Part shown: positions 35,306 through 45,686 of the stretch, piece by piece
Position numbering within the stretch: the stretch's first letter is position 1
How the letters are laid out: each line of letters starts with the position of its first letter
Virus record (IMG/VR): IMGVR_UViG_3300047554_000764
Location: 1-57,139 of that record
From: a virus
Lineage: Duplodnaviria; Caudoviricetes
Length of the DNA: 57,139 nucleotides
Reading direction: 5' to 3' (one strand)
Position numbers and translations under genes: made by a program
The notes under the pieces: generated by a model
Told to the model about the DNA's origin: nothing
The model's database searches: none
The model's input: the letters and a program-made list of their open reading frames with translations, nothing else

Positions 35306-35415
35306 AAAATTATAGCTATATAGTGCAAAATAATTTTATTTTTCCTATCTTTACATCATTAATGTTCTGAGAAAAGTACTATTTTAGTAGTCAGATTATA
35401 AAATCTGATACTCAA

Positions 35416-35703
35416 ATGATATATCAATTACCAAGTGGTAAGTGTATAGAGATATCACTAGAGCAATACTTGAGAATGACGGATGAAGACTTTGAAATGT
35501 ATCTTGCTTACAATTATGGCGAAGAACTCAATGATCCTTTTGCACACAGCGTTTTAAAATATGGTGGTGCTGCAGAAAAAGAAGTTATTGATGAAGATTC
35601 AATTGTAGAAGAGGAAGATGATATTGAAGATCTTACAGATGTTTTACCTGAAGAAAAGCTTTATGATGATGAATACATAGACTACGACAACTTAGAACAG
35701 TAA
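35416..35703 (+). CDS. Highly acidic hypothetical protein
   Basis: MIYQLPSGK.IEISLEQYL.MTD; D/E-rich tail. Confidence 0.78.
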   Translation: MIYQLPSGKCIEISLEQYLRMTDEDFEMYLAYNYGEELNDPFAHSVLKYGGAAEKEVIDEDSIVEEEDDIEDLTDVLPEEKLYDDEYIDYDNLEQ

Positions 35704-35718
35704 CCTTATTAAATAAGT

Positions 35719-36135
35719 ATGCTGCAACCAAAACTAAAAACTTGCTCAGCTTGTGGTGAAGACAAAGTAATTTGGAAGAATCATGAGGGTGAAAAGTATT
35801 GCAAAGATTGTTGGTCTAAAAAATCACCTCCAAAATTTCCCAAAAAAACAGGAATCCTTAAACTTACTTCTGATAAGAAGAAACCTCTTGATCAACTCTA
35901 CTCTAAAATGAGAAAAGAGTTTTTAGATCTACCTGAGAATTCAACTTGTCGTGCAAAACTACCTGGTTGTTTAAATACAATGGGTCAAAATCTGACTGTA
36001 CATCATACAAAAGGACGTGGCAGATACTATCTTGATAGTAGCACATGGATTCCATTATGTATGGCGTGCCATCAGTGGGTAGAAGAACACCCAGCTCAAG
36101 CTAAAGAACTTAATTTATCACAATCTAGATTTTAA
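35719..36135 (+). CDS. HNH/Zn-finger protein (NinG-like recombination nuclease candidate)
   Basis: CSAC, CKDC, VHH.KGR, LCMACH. Confidence 0.7.
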   Translation: MLQPKLKTCSACGEDKVIWKNHEGEKYCKDCWSKKSPPKFPKKTGILKLTSDKKKPLDQLYSKMRKEFLDLPENSTCRAKLPGCLNTMGQNLTVHHTKGRGRYYLDSSTWIPLCMACHQWVEEHPAQAKELNLSQSRF

Positions 36136-36152
36136 AAAAAACAGAAAGAAAC

Positions 36153-36470
36153 ATGAAAACATTTATTGGCTATTACATTATTGGTGCAAACACAAAAGAA
36201 GATGCACAAAATGAGAAAGGTTTAATGCTTTGGTCTCCAAATAAACCAAATGCATTGAAACGTTGGTTGAATGAAAAACTACTTGGTATCTATTGGGTAG
36301 ACAAAGAACGTGTTGTTGGTACTCAAGATAAGGGTAAAACAATGCAAAGTTCAAATCAACCAGTTGAAATGGCAAAAGTTGCAACTCCTGAAAAAGTTGA
36401 CAAACCAATTCAAGAAGCTCCACGCAAACCGCGTCAAACTCCAAGAGCAAAACCTAACAAGAACAACTAA
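36153..36470 (+). CDS. Hypothetical protein
   Basis: 105 aa with Pro/Lys-rich tail. Confidence 0.72.
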   Translation: MKTFIGYYIIGANTKEDAQNEKGLMLWSPNKPNALKRWLNEKLLGIYWVDKERVVGTQDKGKTMQSSNQPVEMAKVATPEKVDKPIQEAPRKPRQTPRAKPNKNN

Positions 36471-36472
36471 TT

Positions 36473-37588
36473 ATGGATAACTCTATTGAATTAACCAAAA
36501 GAGAGTTAATTCAACAAGAGGCTTTGGCTGCATCTGCTTCCCATTACAGGTGTGGCCTTGGCATTTCTATGGGTGTAGGTAAAACCTTAATTGGTCTACG
36601 TCACATGGAAAGAGAATTTCCAAATTTAAAAACTAGGTTCCTAGTTGTAGCTCCAAAAGTTTCAATTTTTGAAAGCTGGAAAGATGATGCAAAAAAATTT
36701 GGTCTTGAGTACTTGTTGGATTACATTGATTTTACTACTTACATTTCTTTAAGTAAAAGATCAAGAGATTATGATGTTGTCTATTTAGATGAATGTCATA
36801 GTCTTTTATTTTCACATGACTATTATCTTACCACTTATACTGGTAAAATTTTGGGTTTATCAGGTACTCCGCCTAGATTTAAAAATTCAGAAAAAGGTGT
36901 AATGGTTCAAAAGTATTGCCCAATAGTATATACTTACATTACAGATGATGCTGTTGAAGACAAAATCTTAAATGACTACAAAATCATTGTTCACAGACTG
37001 CCACTGTCAACAGCCAAAACACATAAAGTAGAAACTAAAAAAGGTGGATACTTTATGACATCTGAATCTCAGAACTATGATTACTGGTGTGAAAGACTTA
37101 ATACTGCAGCTAATCCTGCACAAATTAAGATTTTTAGAATCATGAGAATGCAAGCTTTAATGCAATTCAAGTCAAAAGAAAAATATGCTAGACAACTATT
37201 GAATATGATGGATGACAAATGCCTTGTCTTCTGTAATACAACAGACCAGGCTGATAGGATATCAGTGCATAGTTATCATAGCAAAAACTCTATGAGTGAA
37301 AAAGCATTGAATGCATTTAAAGCAGGAGAAATAGATGAACTCACATGTGTTCAACAATTAAATGAAGGTGTAAACATTCCAAATCTAAAATATGGAATTA
37401 TACTTCATGCCTATTCAAATGAAAGAAAAGCTAGTCAAAGAATTGGACGTTTGCTACGTTTGAATCCTGAAGACAAAGCTATTATTCACATTCTTATGTA
37501 TGGAAATACAGTAGATGAAGACTGGGTCCAAGATGCATTGAGAGATTTAGACTCTGACAAAATTGTTTACACAGATCCTTTTTGTTAA
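36473..37588 (+). CDS. Superfamily 2 DEAD/DEAH-like helicase
   Basis: MGVGKT, DECH, LSGTP, LNEGVNIP, QRIGRLLR. Confidence 0.92.
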   Translation: MDNSIELTKRELIQQEALAASASHYRCGLGISMGVGKTLIGLRHMEREFPNLKTRFLVVAPKVSIFESWKDDAKKFGLEYLLDYIDFTTYISLSKRSRDYDVVYLDECHSLLFSHDYYLTTYTGKILGLSGTPPRFKNSEKGVMVQKYCPIVYTYITDDAVEDKILNDYKIIVHRLPLSTAKTHKVETKKGGYFMTSESQNYDYWCERLNTAANPAQIKIFRIMRMQALMQFKSKEKYARQLLNMMDDKCLVFCNTTDQADRISVHSYHSKNSMSEKALNAFKAGEIDELTCVQQLNEGVNIPNLKYGIILHAYSNERKASQRIGRLLRLNPEDKAIIHILMYGNTVDEDWVQDALRDLDSDKIVYTDPFC

Positions 37589-37591
37589 ATT

Positions 37592-37984
37592 ATGCACAAT
37601 ACAATAGTTAACTACATTAAAAAAGACGGTCAGCTTGTGCCAGCATCTGAAAATGATGCTGCCAAGTTGAAACTGTTCTCCATGTCATTAAAAGAAGGAG
37701 ATAACATTGAAGTTTATCTCTCAATGACAAACAATGTTGACAAAACTGCTGGACAACTTGCAAAAGTCCATGCTTTAATCAGAGAACTTGCAGCCTATAC
37801 AGGGCATACTTTTGATGAAATGAAAGATGAAATCAAAAGAAAAGCGGGTCTGTATATTATTACAGGAACCCGCTCATCTGATAAACAATTAAAAAGTTTT
37901 GGAGATTGTTCTAAAGAAGAATTATCATCTGCTATTGAGTCCTGTATAGAAATAGGACACATGCTTGGATGTAATTTGTACTAA
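37592..37984 (+). CDS. NinB/DUF1367-like protein
   Basis: KT..QL.K.HA.IRELA..TGHTF.EMK...K...KSF..CSKEELS. Confidence 0.6.
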   Translation: MHNTIVNYIKKDGQLVPASENDAAKLKLFSMSLKEGDNIEVYLSMTNNVDKTAGQLAKVHALIRELAAYTGHTFDEMKDEIKRKAGLYIITGTRSSDKQLKSFGDCSKEELSSAIESCIEIGHMLGCNLY

Positions 37985-38319
37985 TCTTCCTCAGATTCAC
38001 CAATTAATTTCTTAGCTTCATCAAGTGAAACTTTTTGAATAAAACCTTGCTCTCCAGCTTTGGTTTCAAATTCTCTACAAAGAATCAAGATAGTTTCATA
38101 GTGACTGATCCAGTCTTCTGTTACATTTTGATCTTTGATTTGAGCATGTGCATTTTGCATCTGCTCTGCAGTTTTACCTTGGACTAAGAATGCAACAATT
38201 GCTTGTATTTTTTGATAGTACCCAGTACTCATCTTAATCTCTACAATTGCGCTAGGCATGATTACTTCAACAAGAGTTGAATCATCTGCATTTTGATTTG
38301 TTTGGTTTACTTCAGACAT
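37981..38319 (-). CDS. Hypothetical protein, counter-oriented
   Basis: 112 aa; fills the gap exactly; TATTTTTG on the minus strand upstream (38340-38347). Confidence 0.78.
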   Translation of the reverse strand: MSEVNQTNQNADDSTLVEVIMPSAIVEIKMSTGYYQKIQAIVAFLVQGKTAEQMQNAHAQIKDQNVTEDWISHYETILILCREFETKAGEQGFIQKVSLDEAKKLIGESEED

Positions 38320-38374
38320 GTCATGTAGTTTAATTTCAACAAAAATAAAGAATTAATTTCAAACTTCATTAAAA

Positions 38375-39100
38375 ATGGCAACAAATATTGCAATTGATGT
38401 AGAAGATATCAAAACAAAACTGTATGATTTTCTTAAAGAATCAGGGTGGAACAATGTTTTGAAAGGTTTTTTACTATCAGAAGACTTTGACAAAATCCTT
38501 CTTCAATTGGAAGAAAAGGTAAAAGATGACAAAAGGTTTACTCCTCCTCTAAAACAAGTATTTAGAGCATTTCAGGAATGTCCTATTGATTCACTTCAGG
38601 TTATTTTTGTTGGTCAAGATCCTTATCCTCAACTTGGTGTAGCTGATGGCATTTCTTTTAGTTGTAGTAATACAATGAAAAAAGAAGCATCATTACGTTA
38701 TATTCATAATGCTGTTGCTAAAACAGTTTATGAGAACAAGATTGAAGGTAAAGATTTAACACCAGATTTAACGCCATGGGCCAACCAAGGTGTTTTAATG
38801 CTAAATACTTCTCTTACAACAGAAGTTGGTAAGATTGGTAAGCATTTTGACATTTGGCAGCCTTTTACAACGTATCTTTTTGATATGCTTAATTCTTTAG
38901 ATAAACCATTGATATGGGTTTTCTTAGGTAAAAAAGCAGAAGAGTACGCAGAACTGATTGATGATAGGCATGTGAAATTGGTAGCAAGTCACCCAGCATC
39001 TGCTGCTTATCAAAAGCAACAAGAATGGGATTGTAATGACATTTTTAACAAAATAAACCAAGAAATTACCAAAAATAATGGTAAAAATATCACTTGGTAA
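38375..39100 (+). CDS. ung: Uracil-DNA glycosylase (family 1)
   Basis: GQDPYP, G.SFS, SLR.I, QGVLMLN..LT, HPAS. Confidence 0.93.
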   Translation: MATNIAIDVEDIKTKLYDFLKESGWNNVLKGFLLSEDFDKILLQLEEKVKDDKRFTPPLKQVFRAFQECPIDSLQVIFVGQDPYPQLGVADGISFSCSNTMKKEASLRYIHNAVAKTVYENKIEGKDLTPDLTPWANQGVLMLNTSLTTEVGKIGKHFDIWQPFTTYLFDMLNSLDKPLIWVFLGKKAEEYAELIDDRHVKLVASHPASAAYQKQQEWDCNDIFNKINQEITKNNGKNITW

Positions 39101-39101
39101 T

Positions 39102-39132
39102 TTTGTAATTTAAGATGTTTTTAGTAGATTTG
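39102..39132 (+). promoter_or_regulatory. Bacteroidota housekeeping promoter for the replication operon
   Basis: TTTG-N19-TAGATTTG, exact consensus. Confidence 0.72.
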
Positions 39133-39164
39133 TAACTCAATCGTAAACGCATAACGCAACGTAC

Positions 39165-40265
39165 ATGTTTAATTCAAAATCAGCATTTGCTGCAGCTAGA
39201 CCTGTGGCAGATGAAGGTGGTGTTGAGGCATCTAAACCAATCTCAACAAGTGTCCCTTATACAAGTCCTGTATCAAAACCTGCCACTCATCCTCCACATA
39301 GTAAATTGTGGAAACGTTATGGTGATCTTATGGCAGAAGGCGTTAGCTACTTAGAACAACGCAAAACAGGACGTGCTAAATCACTCAAAACTCAATGGAG
39401 TGGTTTCAATAAAATTGGTCTTGATGGATTAGAATGGCAATCACTTTATGTAGTGGGTGCTAGACCTGGTGTTGGTAAAACACTTTTTGCATCTTCTATT
39501 ACTAGAGATTTGCAAAGACTTAATCCTGAACAAGATTTCTCTGTTTTACATTTTCAATTTGAAATGCTTGGTAGAAACATGGCAATTAGAGAATTGTCCA
39601 ATGCTTCTAACTTAAATGTGAGGTATATTCAGTCTGCACAAGATGATGGATTACCACCTTTGTCAGAAGTTGATTTTAAAAGATTGGCTGAGTATGCAAG
39701 CAAACAAGTTGATAGACAAGAGTATGTAGTTGATACTGCTACTAATGTTGCTCAAATGCAAGAAATTATTGAGAAGTTTTATCATGAAACCAAAAAACCA
39801 TTTGTTGTTACGTTGGACCACACTCTTCTAATCAAACAAGGTGCTTCTGAAACAAACAAGCAGCAAACTTTAGAAAAGTTGGCAACAATGATGACAATGA
39901 TCAAAAATAGGTATCCTGTTATTTTTATTGTACTAACACAGTTAAATCGTGACATTGACAATGCTGAACGTCAGATTCCTGGAAAGTTATCAAACTATCC
40001 AACAGAAGCTGATGTTTTTGGTAGTGACTCATTACTGCAATGTGCAGATGTAATGATTGCCATGAACAGACCTGCCAAGTACAATATCAGTTTGTATGGC
40101 CCACATCAGTACATTATTGACCCATCAATGGAAAATTATTTAGCATTACATGTGTTAAAGAACCGTTTTGGTGATGTGAGTGTACAGTGGTACTACGCAA
40201 ATTATAAAATAATGGGGCTTGAAGAAGCAACTCCACCTAGAATGAAACCAAAGAAAACAACTTAA
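39165..40265 (+). CDS. dnaB: DnaB-like replicative helicase
   Basis: GARPGVGKT, FEM, LDH, LTQLNR, KNRFG. Confidence 0.92.
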   Translation: MFNSKSAFAAARPVADEGGVEASKPISTSVPYTSPVSKPATHPPHSKLWKRYGDLMAEGVSYLEQRKTGRAKSLKTQWSGFNKIGLDGLEWQSLYVVGARPGVGKTLFASSITRDLQRLNPEQDFSVLHFQFEMLGRNMAIRELSNASNLNVRYIQSAQDDGLPPLSEVDFKRLAEYASKQVDRQEYVVDTATNVAQMQEIIEKFYHETKKPFVVTLDHTLLIKQGASETNKQQTLEKLATMMTMIKNRYPVIFIVLTQLNRDIDNAERQIPGKLSNYPTEADVFGSDSLLQCADVMIAMNRPAKYNISLYGPHQYIIDPSMENYLALHVLKNRFGDVSVQWYYANYKIMGLEEATPPRMKPKKTT

Positions 40266-40285
40266 TAATTTAAAACGCAAACGTA

Positions 40286-40930
40286 ATGAGTAACGCAACA
40301 GAAAAACCTAAAAGACACATCTCAGAGATTACAGCTGAGTACAAAACATTTTGGCAACCTCTATTTAAAGATCTAAAACTTGATGCTCCAACTTTTGGTG
40401 CTAAACTTTGCTATATGGGTAAAGAATTTAGTACTGATGGTACACGAGAAGCATGTGTAAGATTTTTTCCTAGTGAACTCAATAGTGGTAATGACTACTA
40501 TACAGAGTTGTTTGATTGGGACCAGTATTATTTTACGCCTAATCACAGGACTTTGTACAAGTTGAAAAATAATCCACATTGGAAAAGTGAACCTGAAAAA
40601 TACGTTGAGGTTCCATCTGACAAACTACCTACTTCAACTTTTGCAGTTAGGTTAAGCGATCTTGAGATTGTAAATAAAAGTGACATTACAGCTATTGTTC
40701 CTACGCTTTCTTCTAAAGAAACAGCTCCTGGATTATTCAATAGTGCAAATGACACTTTGTTTAACAACTTAGAAGATCCATTTAATGAACAGTCTTTTGA
40801 CGAGGCTTTTGCAGAAAAAGAAGACAATCACTATACATCATTGACAATACGAGATTTGTATTGTATGATACAAAATGTGCCAATGTCTAACAAAAAATGG
40901 TTAAATCAATTAATTTCTAAAAACAAGTAA
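40286..40930 (+). CDS. Hypothetical protein (replication module)
   Basis: 214 aa; C-terminal LTIRD...PMSNKKWLN.LI. Confidence 0.8.
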   Translation: MSNATEKPKRHISEITAEYKTFWQPLFKDLKLDAPTFGAKLCYMGKEFSTDGTREACVRFFPSELNSGNDYYTELFDWDQYYFTPNHRTLYKLKNNPHWKSEPEKYVEVPSDKLPTSTFAVRLSDLEIVNKSDITAIVPTLSSKETAPGLFNSANDTLFNNLEDPFNEQSFDEAFAEKEDNHYTSLTIRDLYCMIQNVPMSNKKWLNQLISKNK

Positions 40931-41688
40931 TGGCAGAAACAACAAATGAGTTGGTGCTTCCCACAAAGATTGTGAAGGCAACCACAAAAAGTCCAAAGAA
41001 CATGATTATCTTCAGCAAACCTAAAGTTGGTAAAACAACTTTATTGGCACAGCTTGATAACTGTTTAATCATTGACCTTGAAAATGGTACTGATTATGTT
41101 GATGCAATGAAAATCAAAGCAGCCAGCGTAGCTGATATTGCTAAGATTGGACAGGCAATCATCGCAGCAGGTAAACCATACAAATTTATTGCTGTAGATA
41201 CAATCACAGCACTAGAAGAAATGTGTATTCCTTATGCTGAAGAATTATATTCTAAAAGTGCTATGGGTAAATCATGGTTTACAAAAGGTAAACTAGAGTA
41301 TGGATCAATTCTGAATATGCCAAATGGTGCAGGATATCCATGGTTGCGTCAAGCTTTTGAGAAAATTGTTGATTACATCAAACAATTGGCTCCACATGTT
41401 ATTCTTGTAGGTCACATTAAAGACACATTATTAGAAAAGAATGGTGCAGAATTTAATGCACTAGACCTTGACTTAACAGGTAAGCTTAAACGTATCACAA
41501 CTTCAAATTCAGATGCTATTGGATATTTGTATCGCAAGGGTAATCAAAACATTTTGAGTTTCAAAACTACAGATGAGATTGCATGTGGTGCTCGTCCTGA
41601 GCATTTGCGTAATGCAGAAATTGTAATTTCTGAAGTTAATGAAGATGGTTCTGTCACAACCTCATGGGACAAAGTATTTATAGACTAA
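40930..41688 (+). CDS. AAA_24 / Sak4-like ATPase
   Basis: KPKVGKTT, IDLENG, VDTIT, LVGH. Confidence 0.85.
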   Translation: MAETTNELVLPTKIVKATTKSPKNMIIFSKPKVGKTTLLAQLDNCLIIDLENGTDYVDAMKIKAASVADIAKIGQAIIAAGKPYKFIAVDTITALEEMCIPYAEELYSKSAMGKSWFTKGKLEYGSILNMPNGAGYPWLRQAFEKIVDYIKQLAPHVILVGHIKDTLLEKNGAEFNALDLDLTGKLKRITTSNSDAIGYLYRKGNQNILSFKTTDEIACGARPEHLRNAEIVISEVNEDGSVTTSWDKVFID

Positions 41689-41724
41689 CAATTTAAAAAA
41701 GTAAACAATTAAAAATCAATAATT

Positions 41725-42501
41725 ATGTTTAAATCTAGTGATTTCAATCCAAACGCAGGTAACAACGTACCTAAAATTATCAACCCAGGAACACACTTAT
41801 GTCGTGTTGTAGATGTCAAACTTGACGCACCTTCTTACAAGAAAGAGGCTTACTTTATTGTATTGACTCTTGAAGGTCCTGATCGCGGACCAGAGTTTGT
41901 TGGTTTGCCAATTGACAAAATGAATCCTTCTCTAGGAAACTACAAAGGACAAATTGGTAATGTTCGCTCTGGACGCTATCCATTCAGTGACTATGTTTAT
42001 GAAGGACGTGATATTTCACGTGATGAGCAAATGTTCCGCTGGATTAACAATCTTGCAAAACAACTTGGTGTATTTGATGCAATGAATGCTGGAAATGGTA
42101 TTCAAGCTGCAACAATTGAAGAGTATGTTGATGCAGTTCGTAAATTTATCACAGCTCCAGGTTTATGGGCTCAGTTTACTGTTGCTGGTCAAGAGTATTT
42201 TACTGAAGGTTATGACAGAGCTAATTACCGTTTATTCTTCCCTAAGCAAGAAGGTAAGTTATTACCTTACTCAGCATTGGAAGATGCAGAAGGTAATCCT
42301 GTAAACTTGTTGCCTTACAACGCTGCTAAACACATCATTGTGAAAGTAGAAGAACCAGCACAAACTGTGACAGAATTTGGCGGTCAAGCTGCAGGTATTC
42401 CTGCTAATGACATGTTCAATCTTAATGCTGCAACTCCAATTGCAAATAATACATTTGCAGAAGGTGGTACTGCACCAGCTACTTTGAACTTGCCTTCTTA
42501 A
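41725..42501 (+). CDS. Putative single-stranded DNA-binding protein
   Basis: PG.H...V..V beta-rich N-terminus, flexible tail, located between Sak4-like gene and primase. Confidence 0.55.
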   Translation: MFKSSDFNPNAGNNVPKIINPGTHLCRVVDVKLDAPSYKKEAYFIVLTLEGPDRGPEFVGLPIDKMNPSLGNYKGQIGNVRSGRYPFSDYVYEGRDISRDEQMFRWINNLAKQLGVFDAMNAGNGIQAATIEEYVDAVRKFITAPGLWAQFTVAGQEYFTEGYDRANYRLFFPKQEGKLLPYSALEDAEGNPVNLLPYNAAKHIIVKVEEPAQTVTEFGGQAAGIPANDMFNLNAATPIANNTFAEGGTAPATLNLPS

Positions 42502-42520
42502 TTATTATTTCATCTTAATT

Positions 42521-42552
42521 GAGGGGTGGGAATAACATCTCACCCCTTTTTT
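42521..42552 (+). terminator. Intrinsic terminator
   Basis: AGGGGTGGGA/TCTCACCCCT followed by a T-tract. Confidence 0.85.
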
Positions 42553-42569
42553 ATTTATTTTTGTAAGAT

Positions 42570-43574
42570 ATGTTTTCATCCAAATCTTTTATTGATGACG
42601 TAAATGAAGTTCCTGCAAAATGGATCTTTGAAAACTATCTTGGTCTATCTCAAAGTCTTACAGGTCAAAGCGTTAGAATCAATAGTCTATTTAATATTAA
42701 TGACAAAACTCCTTCAATGTATATTTATTACAATGAAGAAACTGCGTCATATAAATATAAATGTTTTTCTACTGGAAAAGCAGGTGGTCCTGTTGATTTA
42801 ATGATGCACGTATGGAATGTTAACTTTTTTGAAGCTTCTCAGAGAATCATTAAAGATTATTCTGACTATATAAGAACAGGTAAGATCTGCGAAACAAAAA
42901 TAGTTCAACATTCTAAATGGAAAGTTGATAGATGGAAGACAAGAGGCTGGACCAAGAATGATGCTGAATTCTGGTCACAATACAATATTGACAGCGAATT
43001 GTTAAACAAGTATTATGTTGTGCCTTTGGACAGATACGTCATGCAAAAAGTCACTCATGACAACAAGGTTGAAGATGAGTTTACCATTGTAAGTAAACAT
43101 GTATATGGTTATTTTACAAGAGAAGGTATTCTTTACAAAATCTACCAACCTAAGAATAAAGAAAAGAAGTTTATTAAAATCTGTGATTACATACAAGGCT
43201 ATCAGCAGTTAGAGAACAAACCAATATTAATCATAGCTTCATCCTTGAAAGATTGCCTGGCAATTAAGAGTATGAAACTGAATGTTGATGTTGTGGCTCC
43301 TGATAGTGAAAACAGTTTGTTACAAGAAGACGTTATCTTTGAATTTAAAGAGATATATGATGCTGTTGTAACCATATTTGATAGTGATGAGGCAGGTATA
43401 AAAGCAATGAAAGCTTATGAAGAAAAGTATAAGCTTCCTTTTTGTTATTTACCATTGGAAAAAGATATTGCTGATGTAGTAAAAATCCATGGTGTACAAA
43501 AAGCAATGCTTGAATTTGTCCCAAAATTGACAAACGCTGTAGAAAAGTATGCTGATATGCAGTCAGTTGATTAA
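42570..43574 (+). CDS. DNA primase (Toprim)
   Basis: DKTPS..Y, YKCFSTGK.G, SSLKD, FDSDEAG, KDIAD. Confidence 0.88.
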   Translation: MFSSKSFIDDVNEVPAKWIFENYLGLSQSLTGQSVRINSLFNINDKTPSMYIYYNEETASYKYKCFSTGKAGGPVDLMMHVWNVNFFEASQRIIKDYSDYIRTGKICETKIVQHSKWKVDRWKTRGWTKNDAEFWSQYNIDSELLNKYYVVPLDRYVMQKVTHDNKVEDEFTIVSKHVYGYFTREGILYKIYQPKNKEKKFIKICDYIQGYQQLENKPILIIASSLKDCLAIKSMKLNVDVVAPDSENSLLQEDVIFEFKEIYDAVVTIFDSDEAGIKAMKAYEEKYKLPFCYLPLEKDIADVVKIHGVQKAMLEFVPKLTNAVEKYADMQSVD

Positions 43575-43610
43575 TAATTTCTTATTTTTGTTGACTCACA
43601 CACTTTATTT

Positions 43611-44060
43611 ATGACAAATTGGACCTACCTTAAGAAAAAGGTAACAAAAGTTGATGATATTCCTAATCATGAGGAAGTCATAGGGTTCATATATAAGATT
43701 ACCAATTTAAAAACTGGTAAGTTTTATATTGGACAAAAAAGTCTTTACCACAAGCGTAAGACTAAAATCTCCAAAAAGGAGAAGACTGAAACAGGTACAA
43801 GAAAAGTATTCAAACAAGTTGTGAAAGAATCAGATTGGATGACTTATTATGGTTCATCAGTTGATTTAAAATCTGATGTTGCTAGACTTGGACCTGAAAA
43901 TTTTAAAAGGGAAATCTTGGAATTATGCTGTACTAAAAAGTATTTGAATTATTGTGAACTTTCACATCAAGTAAAAAATGATGTGCTGAAAGAAAACACA
44001 TATAACGGAAATATTCTAGGTAGGTATTTTGCAAGAGATATGGAAAATTGTAAATGTTAA
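43611..44060 (+). CDS. GIY-YIG (Seg-like) endonuclease
   Basis: GFIYKITN..TGKFYIGQK, YYGSS, F.REIL, YN.NI. Confidence 0.85.
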   Translation: MTNWTYLKKKVTKVDDIPNHEEVIGFIYKITNLKTGKFYIGQKSLYHKRKTKISKKEKTETGTRKVFKQVVKESDWMTYYGSSVDLKSDVARLGPENFKREILELCCTKKYLNYCELSHQVKNDVLKENTYNGNILGRYFARDMENCKC

Positions 44061-44065
44061 AAAAA

Positions 44066-45112
44066 ATGGCAGTAGCTAAATTCACATCAGATGTTGCATT
44101 TGCAGAACGCATGCAAAAAGAAGAAGAGTTTTTTTCAAAACCTTTTTTATTGTCGTATTCAGGATTGAATAAGTTATTATTCAGCCCTGCTTTGTTTTAC
44201 AATCACTATGTTTTAGGTCAACGTGATGACACAGAAGATAAAAACATGGTAGAAGGTAAACTTATCCACTGTCTATTATTAAAACCTGAAGGTTTTGATG
44301 ACGAGTTTGTTTTAAGCTCAGTCAGTACCCCAAGTGATAATCCTAAAAAATTATTACAAACTTTGTTTGCTCATTACAAAGAATTAAAAAATGATGGTGA
44401 TAAGCGTGAAGATTTACATGAATTTTCAGGTGCTATCATTGATATTTTATCTGACATGAATTTGTATCAGACATTGAAAACTGATGCACAACGTCTAGAT
44501 AAAATTATTACTGAAGATCATGTTGCCTATTGGGAATACATGAAAAAATCTGTTGGCAGAACTGTTATTGATCAAGATACTTATGATTTTGCAAAATCTG
44601 TAGTTGAGAAAATCAAAAGCAAACCTGTTGTTATGGATGTAATGGGATTCTTTGGTGATAGCTTTAATGGTGTTACTAAACAAAATGAAATTGAACTTGC
44701 AATGTTTGATGAAAAATTCTTGTTTGGATTAAGAGGATTTATTGATAATCTTGTTTTTGACAGCGCCAATAAAGAAATCAGAGTAAATGATTTAAAGAAG
44801 ACTTCAAAAGACATTGGTTCTTTTAAAGATAGTATAGAGTATTATCGTTACTGGATGCAAGCTGCCATTTATTACAAAATGGTTGAGCATGTTTACTTAA
44901 GCAAGCCTGAATATGCTGATTACAAAATCACATTCAGATTTGTTGTAGTAGATCCGTACATGCAAATTGCACCAATTAGAGTATCTGATAATACAATGAA
45001 AGAGTGGTTAGTAAAAGCAGATGAAATGATTCTGAGAGCTAACTTTCACTTTGAAAACAAGTCATTTGAATTACCTTACGAATTTTTAGTCAACAATGAA
45101 GTAGTATTATGA
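44066..45112 (+). CDS. PD-(D/E)XK exonuclease (RecE/DUF3799-like)
   Basis: LSYS.L, G.LIH, E...RGFIDN...NDLKKT, Y..QAA.Y. Confidence 0.82.
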   Translation: MAVAKFTSDVAFAERMQKEEEFFSKPFLLSYSGLNKLLFSPALFYNHYVLGQRDDTEDKNMVEGKLIHCLLLKPEGFDDEFVLSSVSTPSDNPKKLLQTLFAHYKELKNDGDKREDLHEFSGAIIDILSDMNLYQTLKTDAQRLDKIITEDHVAYWEYMKKSVGRTVIDQDTYDFAKSVVEKIKSKPVVMDVMGFFGDSFNGVTKQNEIELAMFDEKFLFGLRGFIDNLVFDSANKEIRVNDLKKTSKDIGSFKDSIEYYRYWMQAAIYYKMVEHVYLSKPEYADYKITFRFVVVDPYMQIAPIRVSDNTMKEWLVKADEMILRANFHFENKSFELPYEFLVNNEVVL

Positions 45113-45669
45113 TATCTAAGATATACGACAAGTATTTCCAAAAGTCATTTACATTTTTGTATCCACTACTAGGTTTCAAAAAAGACAAGCACCCACGTCC
45201 AGTTCAAACTTATTTGAGCTGGGCTGGCAGTGCTTATAACAAGTCTTCTAGAAAACTAATTTGTGTTTATGAGAATACAGATGATGAAAAATGGAAAACA
45301 TTTGAGAGAGAGTATTTGATAACACATAAGATGTTAGACATGTGTGTACCCCTTGACAATAACCAGATTGTATATATCTTTGATTTTAACTCAGTAAGTG
45401 AAGATTTTGATTCATTTTTGAGTGGTAAGTATTCTAAAATGTCTTCACACACAAAGAAGATATTAGCTGACTATTACGGTATACACACGCCAGAATGGGT
45501 GTACATTGAGTCTTTTATATTTCCAGCAAAGTATTTTAAGCAATATGCTGAAATTCTTGGAGTAGAAGAAGATTTTATGAGAAGTGTGGGAGAACTATGT
45601 GACCGTGTTAACTTTGAAAAAGAAACATTCACAGTAGAATGCCCACAAGGATTAGAATTTATAAACTAA
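45109..45669 (+). CDS. Conserved hypothetical protein
   Basis: 186 aa; FLYPLLG, GKYSKMS. Confidence 0.8.
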   Translation: MISKIYDKYFQKSFTFLYPLLGFKKDKHPRPVQTYLSWAGSAYNKSSRKLICVYENTDDEKWKTFEREYLITHKMLDMCVPLDNNQIVYIFDFNSVSEDFDSFLSGKYSKMSSHTKKILADYYGIHTPEWVYIESFIFPAKYFKQYAEILGVEEDFMRSVGELCDRVNFEKETFTVECPQGLEFIN

Positions 45670-45686
45670 ATTAATAAAAACCAAAA

